From an uncultured archaeon (GTDB lineage: Archaea > Asgardarchaeota > Lokiarchaeia > Sigyniarchaeales > SOKP01): 32,596 nucleotides of DNA. The DNA lies in NCBI GenBank assembly GCA_964538145.1, contig CAZIEC010000003.1, forward strand, positions 21,368 through 53,963. The letters are read 5' to 3'. The position numbers were made by a program, and so were the translations under genes. How positions within the stretch are numbered: the first letter of the stretch is position 1; every line of letters begins with the position of its first letter. Below, piece after piece: positions 1 to 8,359 of this stretch. A model generated the notes under the pieces. That model had not been told where the DNA came from. It saw nothing but the letters and a program-made list of their open reading frames with translations, and did not search any database.

Positions 1-497
1 GCAAATCTTCTTGAATAAATATAAAACCTCGTGCTGAGCAATATGAGCCAAATTGTGGATAAAAATAATAATATGCTTATGAAATTAATACCAATATAAA
101 GCAAATAAGAAAATAAATAATAATAACAAAAAAGGATGCCAATATAAAGAACTATTTGTTTCAATATCGTTCCTTTTTCAAAGATAAAAATTCTTACTTT
201 ATCATGGCTGTATAGGACTGAAAGAGTTAGAAATAATACTATTAACGATATACCAAAAGAATAAGAATTTCCAAAAGTCAAGATATTTATAATAAAGTTA
301 TCTGGGAAATTTAATGCTGTTAAAAAGATAAATGAATAAAACAAGAATAATCCATATATTAAAAAAAATTTCTTTTCAAAAGCATAAGATTTAGGAGGTT
401 CTTTTCCTTCGTAATAGATTTCTCTCACAAATATTTTTCGATATACATAACGCATTAAATTACTAATCTTATGCGTTGATAATTTTTTACTCATCAT
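1..497 (-). CDS. Partial CDS (N-terminus in window, runs off the left edge): multi-pass membrane protein of unknown function
   Basis: Absent from the ORF track because no stop lies in the window. Manual reverse-strand translation from ATG-ATG (497..492) stays open for 165 codons to the edge (MMSKKLSTHKISNLMRYVYRK...LIYGLFLFYSFIFLTAL...ISLIVLFLTLSVLY...IVLYIGILFCYYYLFSYLLYIGINFISILLFLSTIWLILL). At least four hydrophobic helices. An open frame this long is unlikely by chance in such A+T-rich DNA. Confidence 0.55.
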   Translation of the reverse strand, partial: MMSKKLSTHKISNLMRYVYRKIFVREIYYEGKEPPKSYAFEKKFFLIYGLFLFYSFIFLTALNFPDNFIINILTFGNSYSFGISLIVLFLTLSVLYSHDKVRIFIFEKGTILKQIVLYIGILFCYYYLFSYLLYIGINFISILLFLSTIWLILLSTRFYIYSRRF

Positions 498-656
498 ATT
501 GGACAATGAATTCTTTGTATAAATTTTTTCCTTATCAACTAAAAAAATTAAGATTTTTCATAATAATCAAGAGTAAAATAATTTATGTTTTAAAACATCG
601 AAATTAAAAGAGTACTATTGTAAAGCTTAAAAATATTATTTAATAATTATAATATA

Positions 657-926
657 ATGGAGGATCAAACCGATAAAGAACGAATTATCAGCTTGGTAAA
701 ACAAGCAATTGAAATGTTATGTGAAAAGAACCTCTCCAGTGTCGTGATTTTATCATCATATAAGATTAATTCTGTCTTGAGAGAACACTATGGAATTGAT
801 ATTAGAGTAGATAGAATAGGAAGGATTTTGAGCAATTTAGCAAAAAGAAACAAGCTCAAGAGATTAAGCACGAATATCCCAAAATATCAATTACCAGTCT
901 CGAATTTATCTACTTTGGAATTTTAA
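657..926 (+). CDS. Small hypothetical protein (89 aa), possibly a winged-helix/HTH-like fold
   Basis: ORF with an ATG start and no SD; A/T-rich TATA-like stretch about 27 nt upstream, so possibly leaderless. Helix-rich basic sequence (RIGRILSNLAKRNKLKRL). No family recognised. Confidence 0.4.
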   Translation: MEDQTDKERIISLVKQAIEMLCEKNLSSVVILSSYKINSVLREHYGIDIRVDRIGRILSNLAKRNKLKRLSTNIPKYQLPVSNLSTLEF

Positions 927-965
927 AAATTAGTAAAAAATCTTAAAAATTTAAATTTTAATCAT

Positions 966-2375
966 TTATCTTAATTGCCTGAATTCAGACGCTATTTTTT
1001 GGAGGCGATCAATCAATTCTTTTGTATTAGTACTTTTTTCAACTACTTGATTAAATTTTTCATCCAAATCATTGATTAATTTTATTAAATTATCTTCTGT
1101 AGAGTTAAAATTTGTTGATAAAGAATCTAAGATAACTTCATGAAATTCTTTAACTTTATTTTCGCAGGCTTTAACTTGTTCTCCATTAGAATTAATCTCT
1201 CCTTCAAGATTTCGAATTTTTTCACTGTTTTGATTGATCTTGGAAGAAATTGCATCTAAAATTCTCTCAAAGGTATTTGAAATTTTATCAAATTGACTGT
1301 TTATATCATCATTAATTTTCAAAAGCAAGGATTCTAATTCTGATTCAATGAACTTCCTATAATTTTCTTGTTCTTTCAGACTATTATCTAAAGATTCTGA
1401 AATGCTAGAAACAAAAACATTTGAAATTTCATTGAATTTTTTTTCAAAATAATTTTGTAATCCCTCTAATCCATTATTTATCGTGGTTTTTAATTGGTTT
1501 ATTGAACTTTTAAGATATCTACTCCCCTTAATACTCCCCTCTTCAACATCTATTAACCATTGTTCTAATTGTTTATTAAATGGTTGAGCAAAAGAATTTA
1601 CAAGAGCCATGGTACCATCTGTTATCCCCTTACTCAAAGATTGAATTTTATTTTCAATTTCTACGATATCTTGTTCAACCATTTCCTTTTTTTGTAAGGG
1701 AATCTCCTGTAAATCACCCTGAGATGGTTTTACATGTTCTCCATATTCATGGATAAGAATTTGATCTTTTCTTTGAATGCTCTCTACTAAATGTTGAACC
1801 CATTTAAAAAATTCTAAAGTTTTAGGAGGTTCTAATTGACAATTAATCTCAATTAATTCATCATGCTTGTTATGATCTTTAAATCGATATGCTTGAAAGG
1901 AAAATATGCTCTTTTTTTCAACTTTAATGGGATCAAAAGTTAAACAAAAAGCATTTGGAAAATTATCATTTTGGAAATATCTATGTATTTGAATATCTGC
2001 TGATGTAAGTTTCAAATCATATTTTGGGTGCGATATATACCAACCAATGATCCGTAATGATTCATTAGAATGTTCCATTTTAATTTTATCTAAAAGAGCT
2101 TCCAATTCTCTTGAAAGACCTAATTCAATATAGTCGCCATGGGTCAATGGAATACATTCTTTCACGATCAATACATTCTTCTCATTATTTTCTTGTTCTC
2201 CTAAACAAACTCCCATTGCTTCTACGGGGGTTTCTAAAAAAGAATTTCCAAATCTTAGAATGTGAAAGATCATTTTCTTAAATGCTTCTGGCTTTATTAT
2301 TATTTTATCCAAACTCTTTGTTGTTAAGCCTTTCTCTTTACTTTCATTAACTTGATCTTCTAAATTATTTTCCAT
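966..2375 (-). CDS. MPN- (degenerate JAMM) domain protein with a ~240-aa C-terminal helical/coiled-coil region
   Basis: The MPN scaffold is kept (E52 in PVEAMGVCLG; IIGWY-ISHP), but the canonical HxHx7Sx2D reads I114-S-H116-x7-T124-x2-D127 (nt 1995-2036). The first zinc-ligand His is therefore Ile and the Ser is Thr. Residues ~230-469 are K/E/N/S-rich and heptad-like. The ATG at 2375 directly abuts the TAA (2376-2378) of the upstream gene, and AGGAGGT lies 8 nt upstream. Confidence 0.85.
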   Translation of the reverse strand: MENNLEDQVNESKEKGLTTKSLDKIIIKPEAFKKMIFHILRFGNSFLETPVEAMGVCLGEQENNEKNVLIVKECIPLTHGDYIELGLSRELEALLDKIKMEHSNESLRIIGWYISHPKYDLKLTSADIQIHRYFQNDNFPNAFCLTFDPIKVEKKSIFSFQAYRFKDHNKHDELIEINCQLEPPKTLEFFKWVQHLVESIQRKDQILIHEYGEHVKPSQGDLQEIPLQKKEMVEQDIVEIENKIQSLSKGITDGTMALVNSFAQPFNKQLEQWLIDVEEGSIKGSRYLKSSINQLKTTINNGLEGLQNYFEKKFNEISNVFVSSISESLDNSLKEQENYRKFIESELESLLLKINDDINSQFDKISNTFERILDAISSKINQNSEKIRNLEGEINSNGEQVKACENKVKEFHEVILDSLSTNFNSTEDNLIKLINDLDEKFNQVVEKSTNTKELIDRLQKIASEFRQLR

Positions 2376-3863
2376 TTAATCGACCTCCTTTTCGAATTTC
2401 TTAATTTTTTGGCTAAGATTTTCATTTTCCTTTTTCAATTCCTTGATTTTAGCGATTAATTCTTCTCTTTCTTCTTCTAATGATTTAATCTTATTAAAAA
2501 TAGGTTCCTTAGTGCTCTCGATGATTAAAACAATAGCCTTAAGATCTTCAAATAATTTTCTCGTTTCTACATCAAATGCTTGTATTTCTTTATCAATTTT
2601 ATTGAAATATTTTGAAATATTTTGAACAAATTTATCACTGATTTTCGAAAAATCCTCTTGAATTTGAGATTTGACCCTTTCAAGTTCTTTGGTTAATTCT
2701 TGGAGGTTAGAACGGTTATTTTTGAGTAATTCAGAAACTTTTTCAAGATTATCGTTGTTATTATTGAATAGATTTAAAGATTCTTCAAATTTTTTAAAAA
2801 AATCATCTAATTTTTCTTCAAGTTTTTTGCTAAACGATTCCTTTAACAGATTTTTTAATTTATTAGAAAAATCTACGATATAATTCTTTGAATTATCTAT
2901 TTTTTCATTGTAAACGTCAAGTTTATCACTGATATAAAAATCTAAACTGTTCATTTTATCATGCAAGGAATAATTAAAGTTTTTTTGGATTTCCATCATG
3001 CTTTTACTTAAATTCAATTTTAATTGTACTAAATCTTCTCGTATATTCATGTTATTAATAAATACATTCTTCAATAACTTCTGGCTCCAGTTATTTAATA
3101 AGTCCATGAATGGATCTAATGAGTGCTTTAAGAATAGCGAAAATCCTTCTTGAAAAGATTTGATGATTGCTGTAGCAGAGAACTCTGGTTTTTTAACCAT
3201 CAAATCTTCTTTTTTTGGGATGTACAAATCTTCAAAAAAATCAGTTGTTTCATTCAATTCTAAAATAGGAGCTTCCCCAGTATAAAGGTTCTGAATTAAT
3301 TCAATTATTTTATTATAGAAATCAACATTATCAGGAGGTTCAACAATAGCTTTAACTTCATGATATCCTGACCCCCTGCTCTTTGTTGGATCATCTAGTC
3401 TAAATGCTCTAAACCCAGGATCTCCAGGGGTTTCTAACAAATTATGATCAAAAACTAAGCCAATACCACTTGGATTTTTGGCTTGCCAAAACAATTGGTT
3501 TTGCACGTCCGTGCCACTAAAGAAAGGCGTTAAATTGGGATGGCTATGATACCAACCACAACTAAACCATCCTTCATGACCGTGTTCTTCAAATACTTTA
3601 TTATCTATTTCTGCAAAAGCCCCCAATTGTTCTGGAGAATATCTCACCTCTATTGCTCCTCCATGTGATACCGGAATGGCATCTTCAATTATAAGAAATT
3701 TTTTTCCATCTTTTTCATCAATATGTCCGATTAATCCTCCCATTACTTCTTTACATTGTGTAGGATCTTTGACTTTAGATCCAAATCGAAGTACATGAAC
3801 GAGCATCTTGTAATAAGCTAGCGGTTTTACGATTACGGGTATATCTTCAGTATTCTTTGGCAT
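2376..3863 (-). CDS. MPN+ JAMM metalloisopeptidase-like protein with a ~270-aa C-terminal coiled-coil region
   Basis: Complete JAMM signature: E39 (CKEVMGGLIG) and GWYHSHPNLTPFFSGTD = H106-x-H108-x7-S116-x2-D119 (nt 3507-3548). The C-terminal half is a long K/E/N/L heptad-rich helical region ending ...EEREELIAKIKELKKENENLSQKIKKFEKEVD. Confidence 0.9.
   Translation of the reverse strand: MPKNTEDIPVIVKPLAYYKMLVHVLRFGSKVKDPTQCKEVMGGLIGHIDEKDGKKFLIIEDAIPVSHGGAIEVRYSPEQLGAFAEIDNKVFEEHGHEGWFSCGWYHSHPNLTPFFSGTDVQNQLFWQAKNPSGIGLVFDHNLLETPGDPGFRAFRLDDPTKSRGSGYHEVKAIVEPPDNVDFYNKIIELIQNLYTGEAPILELNETTDFFEDLYIPKKEDLMVKKPEFSATAIIKSFQEGFSLFLKHSLDPFMDLLNNWSQKLLKNVFINNMNIREDLVQLKLNLSKSMMEIQKNFNYSLHDKMNSLDFYISDKLDVYNEKIDNSKNYIVDFSNKLKNLLKESFSKKLEEKLDDFFKKFEESLNLFNNNNDNLEKVSELLKNNRSNLQELTKELERVKSQIQEDFSKISDKFVQNISKYFNKIDKEIQAFDVETRKLFEDLKAIVLIIESTKEPIFNKIKSLEEEREELIAKIKELKKENENLSQKIKKFEKEVD
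2383..2389 (-). promoter_or_regulatory. Shine-Dalgarno (AGGAGGT) for the MPN- gene, embedded in the 3' end of the MPN+ gene (translational coupling)
   Basis: Plus strand reads acctcct, so minus-strand sense reads AAGGAGGTCGATTAA-ATG. The stop codon of 2376..3863 is immediately followed by the start codon at 2375. Confidence 0.6.
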
Positions 3864-4182
3864 AAAAAATTCACTTTTTCTTGTTAATTTTTTACTTTTA
3901 ATTATTAATTCTTTAAATCTTTTAAATCTTTAAATAAAATCTCATTTTCATTATAGATATTAATAGTAGGATTCTTTTTTAAAGCTGTACTTATTAAGGA
4001 TGAAAATTAATCTTAACAGATCTCCAAACTAATCATATCAATATTGCTTTGAATATTTTTTTATTAATTTTTAACCTTAATGAGGAATAAGAACAAAGAA
4101 TTTACTAATTTACATATTAATTTAAAAAATTTCTTAAAAAATGATTAAACTCATTTAAAAATAGAATAAACAAAATAGAAAA

Positions 4183-4848
4183 TTAAAATGGTAGAGGTTT
4201 ACCGCAATATGGGCAGAATTTCCAATTCAAATCTTTTCCACATGAAGGGCAAACTCTTGAATCAGTAGAAGGAGGTTCATATCCAGGTATTGGAGGTAAT
4301 TCTCGAGTAGGTCTTATAATTTTAACAGGTTTAGAAGGATGGGAGTGCGATACTGGAGTTGAGGAAGATGTAGTTCCAACTACTTCTTCTTTTTTTGCCA
4401 TCAATCTTTCTTTAAAGGCTTGACGCAAGTCTTCTTTACTCGTCATTCCTTCCTCTTTAACCCAACCAGAAACTTTTGGACGTTTCAATTCACTTTCAGG
4501 TACTTTTTCCAATACAACTTTTTTAGTTTCTGAGATTGGTGCCATGACCTTCTTTTGTTCCTTATTTTGAATTGCTTGCTTAATTAATGCTTGAGTTGTT
4601 TTCATTACTTGATGTGGATTAATGTTTGGGATTGCAACAGTTCTTAAAACCCATCCAACAATCATATTTTGATTGGGGAATCCAGACGATGTAATATCTT
4701 CATCTTTATACACGTACGAATCGATTACATTATTACCTTTTAATAATCTTGAAGCCCATTTACCATTTATAAGACCTAATTGGAGTCTATATGATGTCCC
4801 AGCAATTCCTAATTGGCTCGAGAGAGGCTCAAATCCTTTTTCTGACAT
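4183..4848 (-). CDS. Hypothetical protein: ~100-aa N-terminal globular domain, Lys/Glu/Pro-rich low-complexity linker, C-terminal CxxC-x8-CxxC zinc ribbon
   Basis: C-terminus is RVCPSCGKDLNWKFCPYCGKPLPF. The linker reads ...SSSTPVSHSHPSKPVKIIRPTRELPPIPGYEPPSTD. The N-terminal family is not recognised. Confidence 0.7.
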   Translation of the reverse strand: MSEKGFEPLSSQLGIAGTSYRLQLGLINGKWASRLLKGNNVIDSYVYKDEDITSSGFPNQNMIVGWVLRTVAIPNINPHQVMKTTQALIKQAIQNKEQKKVMAPISETKKVVLEKVPESELKRPKVSGWVKEEGMTSKEDLRQAFKERLMAKKEEVVGTTSSSTPVSHSHPSKPVKIIRPTRELPPIPGYEPPSTDSRVCPSCGKDLNWKFCPYCGKPLPF

Positions 4849-5005
4849 GATAATCCGTTATTTTTTCAATTAAAATATTTGATTTTATTCTGTATATTAT
4901 ATGTAAAAATTTTAATTTAAATTATGTTATGTTTCTAAAAAAAAATACATAAATAACCTAAGTTTTATGTAATGAATTAAGAAAATTATAATTAAAGTTT
5001 CTTTC

Positions 5006-5956
5006 ATGACAGTCATCATACCAAAAAAAGCATATTTAACTATTGTAGCAGCAAGCGTTAGATTTGCCAATCAGAAAATTCCTAGAGATGATTGGTTGGA
5101 AGTTAGCGGAATATTTATAGGAAAAAACGAGGGAAATGATGTGATAATCTCGAAAGCTTATCCCATCATGCATCAAGAATTAGATAAAGATGCAGTTATC
5201 GATCAATATAAGTGGAGCGATGAAGACATGATAGTTGCATCTGAGATTGAATTAGAAGCTTATGAAAGAAATGAATTCATTGTAGGATGGTGGCATAGTC
5301 ATCCAGGTTTTAAAGTGATGATGAGTCATATAGATATTAAAACAACTCTTTCATATCAACAACACAATCCATTAGCAATTTCTTTAGTATTTAACCCTGA
5401 AAGATTATTACGTCAAATAGAATTACCCAATAAAAAAGGAGATCCTGTAAAGCAGTTAAAGAACGATCCTGGATTTAAAATTTTTAGATTAGATGATGTC
5501 TCCAAAGGAATTCAAGCATCATATCATGAAGTAGATTATAAGATTGAAGGGTATGACAGTTTAGACCAATTAGTAAAACTTACTCAAAAATTTATTATTG
5601 ACATTACGAATTTCTTTCCAAAAGATAATATCTATGAAGTTTATGAGAGCTTTATTGATGAAAGAATCAATAAATTAGAATCCATTCTGTTAGGTACTGA
5701 AGAATATCTAAAAACTTTAGCCCGAACGGGCGAATCACACAGAATTTCTGAAGTATTAGATAATCAAGTAAAAGAAATCAGAAAATATGTTGCTGAAACT
5801 TATATTAAAATCGAAAATATCAGAGAGTTCATGGATTACTTGGAATACAAGGAGAGAGATGCAGTCATTCCTAAGGTAAACGAAATATTGTTGAGATGGG
5901 ACGAAACCATATCAACATTAGATGAAAAAATTGAGAATTTAAAGAAAGTCGTTTAA
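5006..5956 (+). CDS. MPN+ JAMM metalloisopeptidase-like protein (316 aa) with a ~130-aa C-terminal helical region
   Basis: E32 (WLEVSGIFIG) and VGWWHSHPGFKVMMSHID = H97-x-H99-x7-S107-x2-D110 (nt 5294-5335). C-terminal helical segment reads ...LESILLGTEEYLKTLARTGE...STLDEKIENLKKVV. Confidence 0.9.
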   Translation: MTVIIPKKAYLTIVAASVRFANQKIPRDDWLEVSGIFIGKNEGNDVIISKAYPIMHQELDKDAVIDQYKWSDEDMIVASEIELEAYERNEFIVGWWHSHPGFKVMMSHIDIKTTLSYQQHNPLAISLVFNPERLLRQIELPNKKGDPVKQLKNDPGFKIFRLDDVSKGIQASYHEVDYKIEGYDSLDQLVKLTQKFIIDITNFFPKDNIYEVYESFIDERINKLESILLGTEEYLKTLARTGESHRISEVLDNQVKEIRKYVAETYIKIENIREFMDYLEYKERDAVIPKVNEILLRWDETISTLDEKIENLKKVV

Positions 5957-6112
5957 AGTATCGTATTTTATTTTTATCCACTCATTTTTAATTACCTACT
6001 TGTAATCCGTGTAAAAAAAGGAAAATCTTTATTTTACTTGGACATTTTTTTATTTAAACGATTATTTAAGTAAAAGATTATAAAAGAATTATTAAAGAGT
6101 TCGATTTACACG

Positions 6113-8320
6113 ATGAAAAAAATAAATTTTCCTTTTACAGCAATATTAGGTCAAGATAAAATGAAATTGGGGCTCATTCTCAACATCATAGACCCCCAAA
6201 TAGGAGGCATCTTATTAACGGGACAACAAGGAACGGGCAAATCTACTGCGGTTCGTTCTTTGGTCGATGTGATGCCAAAAATTGAAGTTGTTAAAGGATG
6301 CACTTTTTCTTGTGATCCAAAATCAGATTTAGAAGATTTATGTGAAGAATGTAGAGAAAAGAAAAAAAATAATAATTTAGAAATAATAACAAGAAAAATG
6401 CGAATTGTAAACCTTCCTTTAGGAGTTACTGAAGATATGGTCTGTGGTTCATTATCCATAGATAAGGTAATTAGTGAAGGGATCAAGAGCTTGCATCCTG
6501 GACTATTAGCAAAAGCAAATAGGGGAATACTCTATGTGGATGAAATAAATTTATTACAAGATCATATTGTCGATGTTCTTTTAGATGCTGCTGCTTCTGG
6601 GGTAAATATTATAGAAAGAGAGGGGATTTCTGTATCACATCCTTCTCGTTTTGTTTTAGTAGGGAGCATGAATCCAGAGGAAGGTGATCTTAGGCCTCAA
6701 ATAGCTGATCGCCTTGGATTAGAAGTAAAAATCGAAGCTCCTCGTGATCCTAAATTGAGAGCAGAAATTACAAAACGAGTTATTGAATTCAATGATAATC
6801 CAAAAGAATTCATTAAAAGATTTGAAAAGGAGCAAGAAATATTAAGAGATAAAATAGTTCGAGCTAGACAAATTTTAAAACAAGTAGAGATTCCCGCAAC
6901 GGTTTATGAATTTGTATCAATGATTGTAAATGAGTTAGGAATCTTTTCTCAGCGAGCAGATATTACTTTTATTAGATGTGCCCGGGCTCATGCTGCATTT
7001 AATGGGAGAACTCACATAGAGGAAGAAGACTTGAATGTTGCTTTAGATTTAGTTTTTGAACACCGCATCCAATCACTCCATTATGAAATGACTCCAGAAG
7101 AAATTAAAGGAAAGATCACGGAAGTATATGGAAAAATTCAGAAAGCATATGAAGATCCTAAAGCATATCAACCAAATAGGGAAACTGAAGGTCCAATGAA
7201 ATATGATGATACGCCTCAAAAAGAATTTAAAAGGCAATCAATAGATCCCAAGAAAGTATCGATCCCAGAAACTAAAGAACAAAAATTGCCCCCTCCTAAA
7301 TATCCTGATAACAAAAAGAGAACTCCCGAACCAGCTGGAGGATGGAAAGTTAAAGACATCCCTCGTGAGGAAATTGATTTTAATTTCTTTAAAAACAACC
7401 TCAACACGGCGATGCCTTTAATTTACAAGATGGAAAAAAAGATGACTTCAATTTTAGACAATATTAGAAAGGATAGGAAAGTTTCTGATTATGGTGGAAG
7501 GGGAATTGGGAGAAGAATAAAAATCGCTTCAAGCCAAAAAGGAAGATATGTTTCTTATAGAGCGCCATTAAATCGTCCAAAAAGCTTAGCTTTAGATGCA
7601 ACAATAAGAAATTTTTTGAAAAATACAATCTACAATCGAACAGATTTAAAGTTTCCATTAAAATTTGATAAATATGATTTAATGGATAAAATCTATGAAT
7701 ACAGGGCTCCATTAGTTCTATTTTTCGTGTTAGACAGCTCGGCATCAATGTACTATGTCATAAAGCAGATGACGGATGTAATAATGTCTTTACAAAAAGA
7801 AGGTTATAGAAAAAAAGATAAAATCAGCTTGATAATCTTTAGAGGTAAGGAAGCAATAGTTTTGCAGAAGCCTACAGTTAATTTTAAGAGTGCCATAGGA
7901 AAACTTAAGAAAATTGAAGGGAGATCATACACACCAATGGCTGCGGCATTAAAAAAATGCATGAAACTGATTGAAGCTGAAAAACTTAAAAATAGAAATG
8001 TTATTCCAGTTATTTTCATATGTTCTGATTGTGGTGCTAATATTTCTGTAAAATATCCAGATCTAATAGCTCAAGTTCAAAGTGATTATAAATTAATCAT
8101 CAATGAATTAAAAGAGTTGACAAAATCTCTAAATAAAAAGGGAGTTCACATAGTTGTTCTTGAACCAAAGAAAAGCTATGCTACAAGGGCTCTCGGTGTA
8201 AACACATTTGCGGCTGATCAAATTAAAAAGAATTTTAAAACTTATGCTAAAGCTGAAATTTTTCAATTTGATAGATATAACCCTAAAAGTTTAATACTTG
8301 AATTAAAAAAGATCTTATAA
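6113..8320 (+). CDS. Fused ChlI/BchI-type AAA+ ATPase plus Pro-rich linker plus ChlD-type vWA (MIDAS) domain protein
   Basis: The N-terminus FPFTAILGQDKMKLGLILNIIDPQIGGILLTGQQGTGKST is the classic ChlI/BchI opening, with Walker A at nt 6221-6247. Cys-rich insert CTFSCDP...LCEEC; Walker B GILYVDEINLL; linker ...KLPPPKYPDNKKRTPEPAGG. The vWA MIDAS is LFFVLDSSASM (D541-S-S-A-S, nt 7733-7747), plus downstream YTPM and SDCGAN. Confidence 0.9.
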   Translation: MKKINFPFTAILGQDKMKLGLILNIIDPQIGGILLTGQQGTGKSTAVRSLVDVMPKIEVVKGCTFSCDPKSDLEDLCEECREKKKNNNLEIITRKMRIVNLPLGVTEDMVCGSLSIDKVISEGIKSLHPGLLAKANRGILYVDEINLLQDHIVDVLLDAAASGVNIIEREGISVSHPSRFVLVGSMNPEEGDLRPQIADRLGLEVKIEAPRDPKLRAEITKRVIEFNDNPKEFIKRFEKEQEILRDKIVRARQILKQVEIPATVYEFVSMIVNELGIFSQRADITFIRCARAHAAFNGRTHIEEEDLNVALDLVFEHRIQSLHYEMTPEEIKGKITEVYGKIQKAYEDPKAYQPNRETEGPMKYDDTPQKEFKRQSIDPKKVSIPETKEQKLPPPKYPDNKKRTPEPAGGWKVKDIPREEIDFNFFKNNLNTAMPLIYKMEKKMTSILDNIRKDRKVSDYGGRGIGRRIKIASSQKGRYVSYRAPLNRPKSLALDATIRNFLKNTIYNRTDLKFPLKFDKYDLMDKIYEYRAPLVLFFVLDSSASMYYVIKQMTDVIMSLQKEGYRKKDKISLIIFRGKEAIVLQKPTVNFKSAIGKLKKIEGRSYTPMAAALKKCMKLIEAEKLKNRNVIPVIFICSDCGANISVKYPDLIAQVQSDYKLIINELKELTKSLNKKGVHIVVLEPKKSYATRALGVNTFAADQIKKNFKTYAKAEIFQFDRYNPKSLILELKKIL

Positions 8321-8359
8321 AAGATCTATTTACTTTGTTTTTCACGCGATTTTTTAAAA

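Noticed and set aside
498-656. Calling archaeal TATA/BRE promoters and oligo-T terminators in intergenic regions (for example TTAAAAATATT about 27 nt upstream of the ATG at 657, and T-runs after 5956, 8320 and 17713)
   Set aside because: At this A+T content, TATA-like and oligo-T strings occur almost everywhere, so I cannot separate signal from background without transcript-end data.
2443-2883. Plus-strand ORFs 2443..2625 and 2671..2883, antisense to the MPN+ coiled-coil region
   Set aside because: They are Ser/Leu/Phe-rich shadows of a Lys/Glu/Asn-rich coding strand (AAA/GAA codons read antisense as TTT/TTC). They lie entirely inside a gene with strong motif support.
6151-8019. Minus-strand ORFs 6151..6486, 7216..7407, 7464..7748 and 7804..8019 inside the AAA+-vWA gene
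   Set aside because: They are low-complexity antisense shadows. The plus-strand frame carries Walker A/B and MIDAS motifs along its full length.
6113-8320. Reading the ChlI/ChlD-like gene as evidence for (bacterio)chlorophyll, cobalamin or F430 chelation
   Set aside because: No large chelatase subunit or tetrapyrrole gene is in the window, so the annotation is kept at the domain level (AAA+-vWA). A chelatase role cannot be excluded without the whole genome.
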